From assembly GCA_963741705.1 (NCBI GenBank), contig CAVUJE010000008.1, positions 12,342 to 76,341 on the forward strand: DNA of 64,000 bases, read 5' to 3'. The notes below the pieces were generated by a model. The model had not been told where the DNA came from, did not search any database, and was given only the letters and a program-made list of their open reading frames with translations. The position numbers and the translations under genes are program-made. Below, one piece after another: positions 41,487-53,416 of the stretch. The DNA comes from an uncultured Chitinophagaceae bacterium. Lineage in GTDB: Bacteria; Bacteroidota; Bacteroidia; Chitinophagales; Chitinophagaceae. How positions within the stretch are numbered: the first letter of the stretch is position 1; each line of letters opens with the position of its first letter.

Positions 41487-41972
41487 TTATTTATATTTAT
41501 CCATGACCATTTGGGCTGATCCGGATAATTTTTTCATAATGAATGACACAGTCTGGGCGATGTCGCTTTTATTTTCAACAATCAGAGATGCGTAGTTTTT
41601 ATCCTTTTCTTTTTCTGCATCATCTTCGTAATTCGTTTGCTTCTTGTGTATTACCAATTCTTTTAAATTATTGTCAGCATTTTTAGATGCCTGCACCAAA
41701 ATCAGAACCGTAATTGCTTCCAGGTCCTTTTCGTTTCCTCCTTTTAAGAGAGGACTTTTTTGAAGCTCTTTCACGAGGCTGTCTACATTTATTTTATGGC
41801 CGGTTAATTTGTTGGCATTTTTTTCGATAAGATTTTTGATCGCGGGCTTTATGCTTTGCATAGCGTTTTGATAAAAGGCATTCGCTTCAGAAGGTAAAAT
41901 AGCATTTACTTGTGAAAAAGCCTGGCGTGCAAAAAGTAAAAACAAGAGAGGTAGCATATTTTTCATACGCAA
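41487..41972 (-). CDS. Hypothetical exported helical protein
   Basis: Signal peptide (AFSQ); no recognised domain. Confidence 0.55.
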   Translation of the reverse strand: MRMKNMLPLLFLLFARQAFSQVNAILPSEANAFYQNAMQSIKPAIKNLIEKNANKLTGHKINVDSLVKELQKSPLLKGGNEKDLEAITVLILVQASKNADNNLKELVIHKKQTNYEDDAEKEKDKNYASLIVENKSDIAQTVSFIMKKLSGSAQMVMDKYK

Positions 41973-42161
41973 AATTTTTTGTGAAAAATTTACACAAGCC
42001 GGTAGCTATTTTATTTAACGTCTTACAAGGAAAAATATTGAAGAGATTTGAATAAAATTATCCGCTTCAGCCTTTTAAGTTTTTTTACTTTGATAATTAT
42101 CCGAGCGAGCCTGTTTTAAAGAAAAGAATATTGTATATTTTATTTTTAAATTAAAACAAAA

Positions 42162-42971
42162 ATGAATTCCAACCCTAAATTGAAAGGACAAAGCGCATTG
42201 GTAACCGGAGCCAACAGCGGTATCGGAGAAGCAGTTGCCATTGCTTTGGCCAATGACGGCGCAAACGTGGTAGTCAATTATATTACTCATCCTGAAAACG
42301 CAGATGCGGTAGTAAAGAAAATTGAAGGTAATGGCGGTAATGCTGTGGCTATAAAAGCAGACGTAAGCAAGGAAGATGATGTCCAGTCGATGTTTCAGCA
42401 AATGTATGACAAGTACGGAACCATTGATATTCTGGTAAACAATGCCGGCATTCAAAAAGATTCGCCATTTGAAAGCATGAGCCTTGAGGATTGGCGCTGG
42501 GTAATTAATGTAAATCTTACCGGGCAGTTTTTATGTTCCCGTGAGGCGGTGAGAGAGTTTTTAAAACGCGGCGTAGTGCCAGAGAGAAGTTGCGCGGCGG
42601 GAAAAATTATTTGCATGAGCAGTGTTCACCAGGTTATTCCCTGGGCAGGCCACGTAAATTATGCTACCAGCAAAGGTGGCATCGAGATGATGATGAAAAG
42701 CATGGCCCAGGAACTGGCTCCCAAAAAAATAAGAGTAAACGCGATTGGCCCCGGAGCCATAAAAACTCCGATAAATTATAATGCCTGGAGCTCGCCGGAA
42801 GCCGCTGAAAAATTATTAACGTTAATTCCATATAAAAGAATTGGAGAGCCGGAAGACATTGGAAAAGTAGCCGTTTGGCTTGCCAGTGATGAGTCCGATT
42901 ATCTTGTGGGTACTACAGTTTTTGCCGATGGAGGCATGTTGTTATACCCTGGATTTACTACCAATGGATAA
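42162..42971 (+). CDS. Glucose 1-dehydrogenase-like SDR
   Basis: TGANSGIG, NNAG, SSVH..IPW, YATSK. Confidence 0.9.
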   Translation: MNSNPKLKGQSALVTGANSGIGEAVAIALANDGANVVVNYITHPENADAVVKKIEGNGGNAVAIKADVSKEDDVQSMFQQMYDKYGTIDILVNNAGIQKDSPFESMSLEDWRWVINVNLTGQFLCSREAVREFLKRGVVPERSCAAGKIICMSSVHQVIPWAGHVNYATSKGGIEMMMKSMAQELAPKKIRVNAIGPGAIKTPINYNAWSSPEAAEKLLTLIPYKRIGEPEDIGKVAVWLASDESDYLVGTTVFADGGMLLYPGFTTNG

Positions 42972-42986
42972 AATTGAAAATAGGAA

Positions 42987-45608
42987 ATGGAAAATAAAGA
43001 GCTAACAAGATTACAGGAGAATGCAAAAAAAGAAATTCCAATAGAAAAGTGGGGGCCATATTTAACGGAGCGCCAATGGGGAACTGTAAGAGAAGATTAC
43101 AGTCCTAACGGGGATGCATGGGATTATTTTCCCCATGATCATGCCCGAAGCAGGGTCTACCGTTGGGGAGAGGATGGCCTGGGTGGTATCTCAGATATCA
43201 AACAACAATTGTGTTTTTCCCTTGCGCTTTGGAATGGCAAAGATTCGATCCTGAAAGAAAGACTATTCGGACTGGCCAATAACCAGGGAAATCATGGAGA
43301 AGATGTAAAGGAATTATATTACTACCTCGATAATCTTCCGACCCATTATTACATGAAATATTTGTACAAATACCCACAGCAGGCCTTTCCCTATCAGGAT
43401 TTGCTGGAACAAAATGCGAAACGGGATAAGCTGCAACCCGAATATGAATTACTGGATACCGGGATTTTTAATGAGGATAAATATTTTGATATTTTCATAG
43501 AATATGCAAAGCAAGACAGTGAGGATATTTTTATAAAAATTGAAATGATAAACCGTGGGCCTGAAAAAGCGCCGCTTACACTTTTGCCTACACTTTGGTT
43601 TTACAACAACTGGCAATATGCCGGGGAAAATAACAAACCTGTCATTAACTGGATTTCAGACCATTGTGTACAGGCGCATCATCAATATTTGGGAGATTAT
43701 TATCTTTATTTTGACCAGGCAAACGATGTGCTTTTTACTGAAAATGAAACTAATTTTCAAAAACTTTTTGACAAACCTAATGCTACCCAATTTGTAAAGG
43801 ACGCCTTTCATGATGCCATCATAAACGGAAATGGTTTCGATAAATCAAAAGAAAGAAAGTATGGAACCAAATGCGCCCCGGTTTATAAGTTTGAAATTGA
43901 ATCTAAAAAATCAAGAACCGTATTCCTGCGGCTTACCAACAGGAAACAGGAGCAACCTTTTGCCTCCGATTTTAAAGATGTATTCATAAAAAGAAAAAAT
44001 GAAGCGGATATTTTTTATGAAACTATTCATCCGGATACCAGCAATGAAGACCAGAAAAATATACAGCGCCAGGCTTTTGCCGGGCTGCTGTGGAACAAAC
44101 AATACTATCATTACGACCTGAAAAGATGGTTGAATACAAGTGATGGAATTACACCCGATACACCGGAAAGAAAAAATGGGCGCAACCATACCTGGAAATA
44201 TTTGAAGAACCAGGATATTCTTTCAATGCCTGATAATTGGGAATATCCCTGGTATGCCTCATGGGATATGGCATTCCATTGTATCACGTTTGCTGTCATC
44301 GACCCGGTTTTTGCAAAGCACCAGCTTTTGCTTCTCATGCGCGAGTGGTACATGAACCCGCAAGGACAATTGCCCGCTTACGAATGGGATTTCAGCGATG
44401 TGAATCCGCCTGTGCATGCGTTTGCTGCATTGCAGATCTACAAAACAGAGGAAAGGATTTATGGTGAAAAGGATATTGAATTTCTAAAAAAGATCTTCCA
44501 GAAACTGATCATCAATTTTACCTGGTGGATCAACAGGAAGGACGAAAACGGGAACAGCATTTTCGAAGGGGGGTTTCTTGGGCTTGACAATATCGGGCTT
44601 TTTAACCGCAGCATGGTTCTTCCGGGGAATGCCTATTTGGAACAGGCCGATGGTACGAGTTGGATGGGAATGTACGCGCTGGACATGATGAATATTGCGC
44701 TGGAAATTGCTATTCATGATCCTTCTTTTGAAGATACCGCTACCAAATTTTATGAGCACTTTGTCATCATTGCTGAAGCGCTTAATGAACTCGGATTATG
44801 GAATGAGGAAGACAAATTTTTTTATGATATTTTATCTATCGACAAATCTGAGGCTTTTCCATTAAGAATACGATCCGTTGTCGGGCTTTCTTCTTTGTTT
44901 GCTGTCACAGTTATTGAGAAGGATATTTTTGATAAGCTTCCTGATTTTACCAAAAGAATGAAATGGTTCCAGGATTATCGTAAGGCCAATCATTTGTATT
45001 TGCCAAGCGAGGCCAAGAAAGATTTTAAAAGCACAATGCTTTCCCTGGTAAACAAAGAAAGATTACAATATTTGTGTGAAAAATTGCTCGATGAATCAGA
45101 GTTTTTATCAGATGGCGGCATTAGGGCGCTTTCAAAATTTTATGAAAAAAATCCTTACACATTAAATTATGAAGGCAACAGTTATTCTATTCAATACGAT
45201 CCCGGAGACTCCACCTCCGGCATGTTCGGGGGCAATTCAAACTGGCGTGGGCCGGTCTGGATGCCGGTAAATTATTTATTCATAAATGCGCTAAAAACAT
45301 TTGGATCTTTTTATGAAGAAGAATTAAAAGTGGAATGCCCCGTTCGGTCTGGCCAATATCTTACATTGACTGAAGTCAGTAAAAACATAACCGCCAGGCT
45401 GCTCCATATTTTTGAGAAAAACGAAGCCCTTGAAAGGCCTTGCTTTGGAGATTACAATTGGTTCTATAAAAAAGATGAAAATAAAGACCTTGTTTTATTT
45501 AATGAATATTTCCATGGAAATACGCTTCGCGGATTAGGCGCGAGCCACCAAACCGGCTGGACTGCGCTTATAGCCAATTTAATTCTTGATCTGAAAGAGG
45601 AAGAGTAA
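42987..45608 (+). CDS. MGH1-like glycoside hydrolase (GH63-related)
   Basis: WGPYLTERQWGTVREDYS, SMPDNWEYPWYASWD, GGNSNWRGPVW, GLGASHQTGWT. Confidence 0.9.
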   Translation: MENKELTRLQENAKKEIPIEKWGPYLTERQWGTVREDYSPNGDAWDYFPHDHARSRVYRWGEDGLGGISDIKQQLCFSLALWNGKDSILKERLFGLANNQGNHGEDVKELYYYLDNLPTHYYMKYLYKYPQQAFPYQDLLEQNAKRDKLQPEYELLDTGIFNEDKYFDIFIEYAKQDSEDIFIKIEMINRGPEKAPLTLLPTLWFYNNWQYAGENNKPVINWISDHCVQAHHQYLGDYYLYFDQANDVLFTENETNFQKLFDKPNATQFVKDAFHDAIINGNGFDKSKERKYGTKCAPVYKFEIESKKSRTVFLRLTNRKQEQPFASDFKDVFIKRKNEADIFYETIHPDTSNEDQKNIQRQAFAGLLWNKQYYHYDLKRWLNTSDGITPDTPERKNGRNHTWKYLKNQDILSMPDNWEYPWYASWDMAFHCITFAVIDPVFAKHQLLLLMREWYMNPQGQLPAYEWDFSDVNPPVHAFAALQIYKTEERIYGEKDIEFLKKIFQKLIINFTWWINRKDENGNSIFEGGFLGLDNIGLFNRSMVLPGNAYLEQADGTSWMGMYALDMMNIALEIAIHDPSFEDTATKFYEHFVIIAEALNELGLWNEEDKFFYDILSIDKSEAFPLRIRSVVGLSSLFAVTVIEKDIFDKLPDFTKRMKWFQDYRKANHLYLPSEAKKDFKSTMLSLVNKERLQYLCEKLLDESEFLSDGGIRALSKFYEKNPYTLNYEGNSYSIQYDPGDSTSGMFGGNSNWRGPVWMPVNYLFINALKTFGSFYEEELKVECPVRSGQYLTLTEVSKNITARLLHIFEKNEALERPCFGDYNWFYKKDENKDLVLFNEYFHGNTLRGLGASHQTGWTALIANLILDLKEEE

Positions 45609-45609
45609 A

Positions 45610-47017
45610 TTATTTTTTCAATGATAGCAATGCCACAGATTCAATGTGATGCGTATGCGGAAACATATCTACCGGCTGTATTTTTTCTACCAAATATTTT
45701 TCATTCAACAATTGCAGATCTCTTGCTTGTGTACCAACATTACAACTAACATACACCATTTTTTCAGCAGAAATTTCCAACAATTTATTTACCAGTTTAG
45801 GATGAAGTCCCGCGCGTGGAGGATCAACAATTACTACATCCGCTTTGCCATGAGATGTAAAAAAATCATCGTTGCAAATTTCAATAACATCGCCCGGCAA
45901 AAAAAGAAGCTGAATCGATATTATTTAAAGCCGCATTCTCTTTTGCATCCATAATAGCTTCATCAATCACATCAACTCCGATTATTTTTTTTGCTTTTTT
46001 ACTCAGGAAAATTCCAATGCTTCCTGTGCCGCAATAGAGGTCATACACAATTTCATTCCCTGTGAGCGCTGCAAATTCTTTTACCACATTGTACAAAACT
46101 TCAGCCTGCCTGGTATTGGTTTGAAAAAATGATTTTGGAGAAATTTTAAAATTAAATTCTCCCAGCTTTTCTATCACATATCCTTTGCCAGAAAAAGTGA
46201 TGGGCTCTAAGTCGTTCATGCTATCGTTCCATTTTTGGTTGATCGTATAAACGAGCGTAGTGATGGCAGGAACTTTTTCCAATAAAAAATTTGCAATTCT
46301 TTCAATTTCTTTTTTATCCTCATGGCCAAACACCAAGTTTACCATGAGTTCGCCGGTTGCGCAATGCCTGATGACAATATTTCTTAAAAATCCTTTGTGT
46401 TCCTTAATGTCGTAATAGCTGTAATTATTTTTCTCTGCAAATTCACGCAGGTTGTTTCTGATGATATTGTTCACATCATCCATCAGCCAGCATTCTGTGA
46501 TATCAATAATTTTATCATACAATTTTGGAACATGATATCCCAGCGCGCCTCCCGGCCATTCATCTTCTCCTAATAATTTCAGTTCTTTTTCAGTCAGGTA
46601 TTTCCTGTTGCTAAAAGTAAACTCCAATTTGTTGCGATAATGGATGTCTTTTTCAGAACCAAGAATGGGCAATACCGAAACGTCAGGCAATTTGCCAATC
46701 CTTTTTATCACATCTCTTACTTCCTGTTCTTTATATTCCAGTTGTTTTTCATAAGGGAGCATTTGCCATTTGCATCCGCCACAAATTCCAAAATGAATGC
46801 AAAAAGGCGTCACCCTTTCAGGGCTGAAAGAGTGAATTTTCTTTACTTTTCCTTCTGCCCAATCCTTTTTATTTTTTTTTAATAAAACATCTACTACATC
46901 CCCGGGAACTGCGCCTTCAATGAAAATCACTTTTCCATCTACTTTCGACAACGCTTTGCCTTCCGCCGCGTAACCGGTTACGGGAATATTTTCCAGTGTT
47001 ATTTTTTTTCTTCTCAC
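45610..47017 (-). CDS. rlmD: 23S rRNA m5U1939 methyltransferase (indel near 45895)
   Basis: TRAM domain, C..FGICGGC, SFFQTN, DLYCGTG, DPPRAG, YVSCN, VDMFPHTHHIE across two ORFs. Confidence 0.93.
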
Positions 47018-47210
47018 GGTTGCAAAAATAAATGATGTTATTGCTGAGCACGATAATTTATTGACAAACTTTTTAGAATAATTAGATAAATATTTCGTTT
47101 GGGTTTTATAAACTTATGTTTGAAAGGCGCTATAACTAAAATGTTAACTATTTATGATGGAATATTTTCCCAAATTCAAATTCAATATTTTTGTTCATTA
47201 TTTTGAAACC

Positions 47211-48656
47211 ATGAAATTATTTTTCTCTCTCTTTCTTTTTGTTTTTTCTTTTTCGTTTGCCAATGCGCAGGCCTATAAAATCACTTTAGAAGCTCCCCAG
47301 TATAACAGCGGCCTTGCTTACCTTACTTATTATTATGGAAAGAATATGAATGTGCAGGATTCTGCTATTCTAAATTCTAAAGGAGTTGCCGTTTTTGATG
47401 GGAAAAAGAAAATCCTTCCGGGCGTTTATTCAATCGTTCTGCCAGGTAAAACAAAATTGTTTGACTTTTTAATAGCAGACAAACAAATAATTAATATTTC
47501 TATTCCGGATACTTCCAATATTATACAGACGGCTAACGTAACAGGTGCAGAAGAAAACAATCTTTTTCAGACGTATCAAAAATTTGTAACTGAAAAGGGA
47601 CAGGGATTACAAAAGGAATTAGAAGCGTATAAAAATTCAAAAACCAAAGCGGACAGTGCACTGCACGAAAAAAATTACAAAGATTTAAATACTGAGTTGA
47701 ATGATTATCGTGAAAAAATAATCAAAGAAAATCCTGAATCAATGCTGGCAGCATTATTTTCAAGTATGAAGCCAGTGCAGGTTCCGGATACTCATCCTCT
47801 AACACATGAAGATTCCCTCGCCAATTATCAATATTATAAAAAACATTATTGGGATGGAATTACGTTTATGGATGACCGTATCATTCGAACTCCTTTCTTT
47901 TTGCCCAAACTGCAACAATATTTTGAAAATGTAATTCCGCAAGCGCCCGATTCCATAATCAAGGAATCTGATTATCTATTGCTGCTTGCCCGGTCATCTC
48001 CGGAGATGTATAAATTTTTATTGAATTGGTTAACTGACGAATATATTTATCCGAAATACATGGGCCAGGATGCCGTTTTTGTTCATCTTTTTGAAAAATA
48101 TCATTCTAAAGGCGTATCAAACTGGCTGAACGAAAAGCAAATTAAAACGATTTCAGACCGTGCATATATGCTGATGTCAAACCTGATTGGAGAGCAGGCG
48201 GCTAACCTGCAAATGGTCGATTCAAATGGTGTTGAAAAACCATTGTATAATGTCAAAGCGAATTATACTGTTATTGTTTTTTGGGACCCAACGTGTGGCC
48301 ATTGCCAGCATGAAGTGCCAAGGATGGATTCGATTTATAACGCCAAATGGAAAAATGAAGGAGTGAAAATGTATGGCGTGCTTACTGAGCCAAAGGATTT
48401 TGACCTGTGGAAAAAATTTATAAAAGATAAAAGCCTGGGCAACTGGATCAATGTGTATGAAACAGAAGCGCAAAGAAAAATGGTTGAACAATCAAAACAA
48501 CCTTCTTATAAACAGTTGTATGATGTAACTCAAACGCCAACATTGTATTTGTTAGATAAAGACAAAAAGATCATAGCAAAAAAATTAACGATGGAGCAAC
48601 TGGATGATCTCCTTGATGTTAAGATCAAAAACCAGACTGTAAAATCCGACAAGTAG
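47211..48656 (+). CDS. Exported TlpA/thioredoxin-like protein with DUF5106-type domain
   Basis: Signal peptide from ATG 47211; HYWD..RTP, FWDPTCGHC, YDVTQTPTLYLLD. Confidence 0.8.
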   Translation: MKLFFSLFLFVFSFSFANAQAYKITLEAPQYNSGLAYLTYYYGKNMNVQDSAILNSKGVAVFDGKKKILPGVYSIVLPGKTKLFDFLIADKQIINISIPDTSNIIQTANVTGAEENNLFQTYQKFVTEKGQGLQKELEAYKNSKTKADSALHEKNYKDLNTELNDYREKIIKENPESMLAALFSSMKPVQVPDTHPLTHEDSLANYQYYKKHYWDGITFMDDRIIRTPFFLPKLQQYFENVIPQAPDSIIKESDYLLLLARSSPEMYKFLLNWLTDEYIYPKYMGQDAVFVHLFEKYHSKGVSNWLNEKQIKTISDRAYMLMSNLIGEQAANLQMVDSNGVEKPLYNVKANYTVIVFWDPTCGHCQHEVPRMDSIYNAKWKNEGVKMYGVLTEPKDFDLWKKFIKDKSLGNWINVYETEAQRKMVEQSKQPSYKQLYDVTQTPTLYLLDKDKKIIAKKLTMEQLDDLLDVKIKNQTVKSDK

Positions 48657-48714
48657 AAAGTATTTCGGATTTGGTATTTACAGTAAACGAAGAAATTTTA
48701 CTAATTTTTGTTTT

Positions 48715-50647
48715 ATGAAAAAACTGGTCCTGATTTGTTTAAGTTCAGTTCTGATTCATTTTTCCTATTCTCAAACACTTTTTACCTACGGTACGCACAA
48801 GGTAAGCGCAACTGAATTTTTAAATGCGTATAATAAAAATAAAACCGATTCGGTTGCTAATTCACAATCGCTTCGTGATTACCTCACTCTTTATATTAGG
48901 TTTTAAATTAAAGGTACAGGCTGCTAAAGATATGCAGCTTGACACGTTGCCTTCATTGATAGCAGATCTGCAAAATTTTCGTAGCCAAATAAAAGACAAT
49001 TATCTCACTGATGAAAATGAAATAAAAAGACTCGATAATGAAGCTTTTGAAAGAAGCCAAAAGGATATTCATAGTGTCTATTATTTTATAAATACTTCAA
49101 ACGTGAAGGATACCGTAGAAGCTTTAAAAAAGATAAAAGAATTATCAGCTCAATTAAAAAGAAATCCGAATGAAGATAAAGTGATCGCTGATTTTAATGA
49201 AGCGAACTTACTGAAAGTGCAAAAGGAAGATTTGGGTTACATCACAGTATTTACTTTACCTTATAAATTTGAAAATATTGTTTTTGGTTTAAAACCGGGA
49301 CATTTAAGCGAGCCTTATCCTGCAAAAAACGGATGGTTTATTTTTAAAAATGCAGGCGAAAGAAATGCAGTTGGAAAGATAACTGTTGCCCAGATTTTAT
49401 TTGCTGTTCCGGAAGAAAACGGCCCGCAAAAGGAAGCTGCAAAAAAAATGGCAGATTCTGTTTATAATGCCCTTCAACAGGGAGCCAATTTTGAAAACCT
49501 TGCAAAAGCATATAGCGACGATAGAAATACGTATATGAATGGAGGCCTGGTTCCGGAATTTGGAACCGCCAAATATGATTCTGTCTTTGAAAATCATGCT
49601 TTTTCTCTCAAAAAGGACGGAGAAATTTCTGAACCTTTTGAAACAAAATTTGGATATCACATCATTAAAAGAATTTCAGCCGCTCCTGTTCCTGCTACAA
49701 AAGATGATGAACAATTTATGTATAATCTAAGGCAGCAGGTTTTGAATGACAGCAGGAAACAAATTGCCCGGGAAAAGTTTATTAAAGAAATCATCCCTGT
49801 GATTGGTTTGAAAAAAGAAATAATCAGCAAGGAAGATTTGTGGAAAGTAACAGACAGCGCTTTATTGAAAAATAAAAATATTGTCTCAGGAAAGGTAAAT
49901 AAATCCACAGTTCTGTTAACTTTCAACAATAACCAAAAAGTGAAAGCAGAAGACTGGATTTTATATTTGAGAAATTTAAACAGGAATTGGGAAAGCAATC
50001 CTGAAGAAGCGTTCGAAAAGATATTTCCTGAATTTATAAATGAATATGCGATTGACAATTATTCTTTAAGGCTTGAAAAATATAATCCTGCATTCAAAGC
50101 CCAGGTTCATGAATTTAAAGAAGGAAATATGCTTTTCGAAATAATGCAAAGAAAAGTTTGGGGCAGAGCTTCCTCTGATACGCTGGGGTTAAAACATTTT
50201 TATGAGCAGCATCAAAAAAAATATTTATGGAATGCAAGCGCTGACGCTGTTATCTTTTCATGCTCCAATGCACAGGTAGCTAAAAATACAATTGCAGAAT
50301 TGAAGAAAGGACAAAGCTGGAAAGAAATAATAAATGAAAATCCTTCTTCTTTGCAGGCTGATTCTGCCAGGTTTGAATTAGGACAAATTCCCGTGGTTGA
50401 AAGAACAGCATTTTCCCCGGGATTAATTACGCTTCCCGTTATCAATAAAAACGATGGAACAGCAGTATTTGCGAAAATTGTAAAGATGTATCCGGACGGC
50501 CAGCAAAGAAGTTTTGAAGATGCCAGAGGGCTGGTGGTTAACGATTATCAAAACTTTCTTGAACAAAAATGGATTGACCAATTAAAGAAAAAATATCCTG
50601 TGAAGGTTGATGAAAAAGTCTTTCAATCTTTACTGAATAAAAATTGA
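48715..50647 (+). CDS. Parvulin-type peptidyl-prolyl isomerase (SurA-like; indel near 48900)
   Basis: EFLNAYNKN / KLKVQAAKD; FENLAKAYSDD, GEISEPFETKFGYHIIK. Confidence 0.85.
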
Positions 50648-50795
50648 TTTCGTTATTTAAGTCTTCTTAAAATTTTCTCCTCAACTTGCTTTTAGCAAAT
50701 TTTTATCAAATTACTTTTTTCATTTGTAGTGCGTGGCAAGCTTTTTGAAAAACTTGTTTCGATAAACGTACATATTTAAACTAAAAACTACATTC

Positions 50796-51473
50796 ATGAA
50801 AAAATTACTTGCCCTGGCGCTTTGTGCCGGATTATTTACGACTGCAAATTCACAAAAAGTTTATGTTCAGGGAGGTGTAAATCTCTCAAATATTACTACT
50901 TCAAATTCCGGCTCTACCGAGGACAGCCATTTACTTACTACTTTTAATGCAGGTATAATGGCGCGTTCTAATAATGCCGAGCCCATTGCGCTGGAAGCAG
51001 GGTTATTAGTAGAAGGAAAAGGAGCCAAATCCTCGGGAGGCTCCGGTAATACTAATTATGACGCTACTTTCAATCCGCTTTACCTGCAACTGCCCGTTAA
51101 TCTTGTTATCAGGGTTCCACTTCAAACTAACACTTCCAATATTTTCGTATTTGGTGGTCCTTATGTAGCTATGGGTATAGCCGGAAAATCAAAAGTGAAG
51201 GGCCAGATTTTAGGTGCCAACATTGATAATACTAAAGACATTCAATTTACAAATGTTGACCCAACTGATAACGATCAGGCCTATTCAAAATTAAAAAGAT
51301 TTGACTATGGTGTAAATGTAGGCGCTGGAATTGACCTTGGCAAAATATTATTAAAAGCAAATTATGGAATGGGATTAGCAAAAATTAGTTCTATGCAAAC
51401 AAATAATGGTGAAAATGCGAAGAATAAGTATAGAGTCGTAAGCATTTCTCTTGGAATTCCCCTTAGCAGGTAA
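50796..51473 (+). CDS. Porin family outer-membrane beta-barrel protein
   Basis: Signal peptide; GGVNLSN, YLQLPVN, GGPY, KRFDYG. Confidence 0.85.
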   Translation: MKKLLALALCAGLFTTANSQKVYVQGGVNLSNITTSNSGSTEDSHLLTTFNAGIMARSNNAEPIALEAGLLVEGKGAKSSGGSGNTNYDATFNPLYLQLPVNLVIRVPLQTNTSNIFVFGGPYVAMGIAGKSKVKGQILGANIDNTKDIQFTNVDPTDNDQAYSKLKRFDYGVNVGAGIDLGKILLKANYGMGLAKISSMQTNNGENAKNKYRVVSISLGIPLSR

Positions 51474-51493
51474 GTCTATTATAAAATAAGGGC

Positions 51494-51521
51494 GCCGGTT
51501 ATGAATTAACCGGCTTTTTTT
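51494..51521 (+). terminator. Intrinsic terminator
   Basis: GCCGGTTA-5nt-TAACCGGC followed by a T-run. Confidence 0.8.
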
Positions 51522-51642
51522 GTTTTATAACGGCTGGTAAATTTGGGTGCTCGAGTTTGATCGGAAATAATTTTTAAAAGGCATACAGTAAATCAACAAA
51601 TAAGCCTGATTTTTATTTATGGAGTTGAATTGTTTTATCAAA

Positions 51643-52596
51643 TTACACAATTTGTTTTGCCACATTCACCACTACATGGGGCTTGCCTAACGTATAATAA
51701 TGTAAAACGGGTACTCCGGCTTTTTTAAGTTCCTGCGATTGGTGAAGTAACCATTCGGTTCCAACGATTTCTACTTCCGCATCGGTTTTACATTTCATGA
51801 TCTCATCGCTGAGCTCATTAGGTATGTCAACATGAAAAATCCTGGGCAATACATTCAGTTGCTTCTTTGAGGTAATGGGTTTCAATCCCGGAATTATCGG
51901 GATCTGAATGCCCATTTCCCGGCAATTTTTTACAAATTCAAAATATTTTCTATTATCAAAAAACATTTGAGTGGTAATATAATCAGCGCCCGCATCAACT
52001 TTCATTTTTAAATAGCTGAGATCACTTTGAAGATTTGGCGCTTCAAAATGTTTTTCCGGGTATCCTGCTACGCCGATACAAAAATTGGTTTTATTTCCAT
52101 CCCTGATATCATCTTCCAGGTAAATCCCATGATTCAGGTTTACGGCTTGCTTTATAAGATCTATTGCATAAGCATGACCGTTTTCTTCCGGCTCAAAAAC
52201 GGTTTCATTTTTTGGCGCGTCTCCCCGAAGCAATAAAATATTATCAATTCCAAGGAAAGCCAGGTCTATCAAAGCATTTTCAGTTTCCTGCAGGTTAAAT
52301 CCACCACAAATCAAATGAGGAACCGCATCTATCTTATAATGATTCATAATTGCCGCGCAGATGCCTACGGTTCCCGGCCGCTTACGGATTTCTATTTTTT
52401 CAAAAGTGCCATCAGGTTTCTTCTTAAAAACCTGCTCGCTGCGGTGGTAAGTAACATTTATAAACGCGGGATTAAATTCCATCAAAGGGTCCAAATGATT
52501 ATAAATAGACTCAATTGTTTTTCCTTTCAGTGGTGGAAGAATTTCAAAGGAAATCGAAGTTCCTTTTGCTTTTTTTATATGTTCAGTGACTTTCAT
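51643..52596 (-). CDS. metF: Methylenetetrahydrofolate reductase
   Basis: SFEILPP, INVTYH, LRGD, GVAGYPEKH, ITTQMFFDN. Confidence 0.95.
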   Translation of the reverse strand: MKVTEHIKKAKGTSISFEILPPLKGKTIESIYNHLDPLMEFNPAFINVTYHRSEQVFKKKPDGTFEKIEIRKRPGTVGICAAIMNHYKIDAVPHLICGGFNLQETENALIDLAFLGIDNILLLRGDAPKNETVFEPEENGHAYAIDLIKQAVNLNHGIYLEDDIRDGNKTNFCIGVAGYPEKHFEAPNLQSDLSYLKMKVDAGADYITTQMFFDNRKYFEFVKNCREMGIQIPIIPGLKPITSKKQLNVLPRIFHVDIPNELSDEIMKCKTDAEVEIVGTEWLLHQSQELKKAGVPVLHYYTLGKPHVVVNVAKQIV

Positions 52597-52675
52597 TTTT
52601 TCAAAATAGATGCAAACATAAGTGGTAATAAGAAAAATGCAAAGAATCAGTTGCCCGGGAACAAACGTGATATTT

Positions 52676-53290
52676 CTATTGGATAAAAAAAGCGAGTATC
52701 CCGGTCGCCACCAAAGTTACGCCAGTTACAACTCCTGCATTATGCTCCAGTTTATGCCAGTTTAGTTTTAAAACACCCATGTAGGCAAACCTGACCAGCA
52801 ATACCATTCCGCCGGTAGTAATGATTAGATACAGTGCGGCAATAAACCAGATAAGCCATGGCGCCTGGCTTCCGGCCAGCAAAAAATAGGCTTCAATTTC
52901 CATACAAGGAGATAAAAACATAGCCAGTACTAACGCGATGATGATGGTTTTTTTAGACTTCTTTTTCCTGATAGCATCACTCAGGTGAAAATGTTTGTGA
53001 TTGTGATGACGATAAATAAATAATATACCTAAAGCGATTAATATTACAGGAGCAATATAATGACTAAAATTTTCTAATTCTGCTGCTAATTGAGCTCCAA
53101 TGAAACCTAATGCGAAACCAATGATAATGGTACTCAGGCCATGGGCAATTGCTGAAATAAAAGTTACTTGTGTTACCTCTTCAATCGTCCATTTTTGTTT
53201 TCTTCCAATGGCAATAACCGGCAACCAGTGATTTGGAATGGTGGCGTGCAACAGGCTTAAAATAATACTACCGGAAATAATACTGAACAT
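52676..53290 (-). CDS. Ni/Co transporter-like membrane protein (RcnA/UreH-like)
   Basis: LHATIPNHWLP, AHGLST, His-rich HHNHKHFH loop, SPC.E. Confidence 0.75.
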   Translation of the reverse strand: MFSIISGSIILSLLHATIPNHWLPVIAIGRKQKWTIEEVTQVTFISAIAHGLSTIIIGFALGFIGAQLAAELENFSHYIAPVILIALGILFIYRHHNHKHFHLSDAIRKKKSKKTIIIALVLAMFLSPCMEIEAYFLLAGSQAPWLIWFIAALYLIITTGGMVLLVRFAYMGVLKLNWHKLEHNAGVVTGVTLVATGILAFFIQ

Positions 53291-53377
53291 CTTCGAATTT
53301 GTAAATCAGAAATAAAAAGATTTGCAAGATACTTTCATACCTTCTTTCTTACTGAATTATTTCTGTGGTAACGAAAC

Positions 53378-53412
53378 AAAAAAGCCTTTACGATTTCTCG
53401 CAAAGGCTTTTT
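53378..53412 (-). terminator. Intrinsic terminator directly after the tRNA-like RNA
   Basis: AAAAAAGCCTTT.CG...CG.AAAGGCTTTTT inverted repeat. Confidence 0.8.
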
Positions 53413-53416
53413 AATG

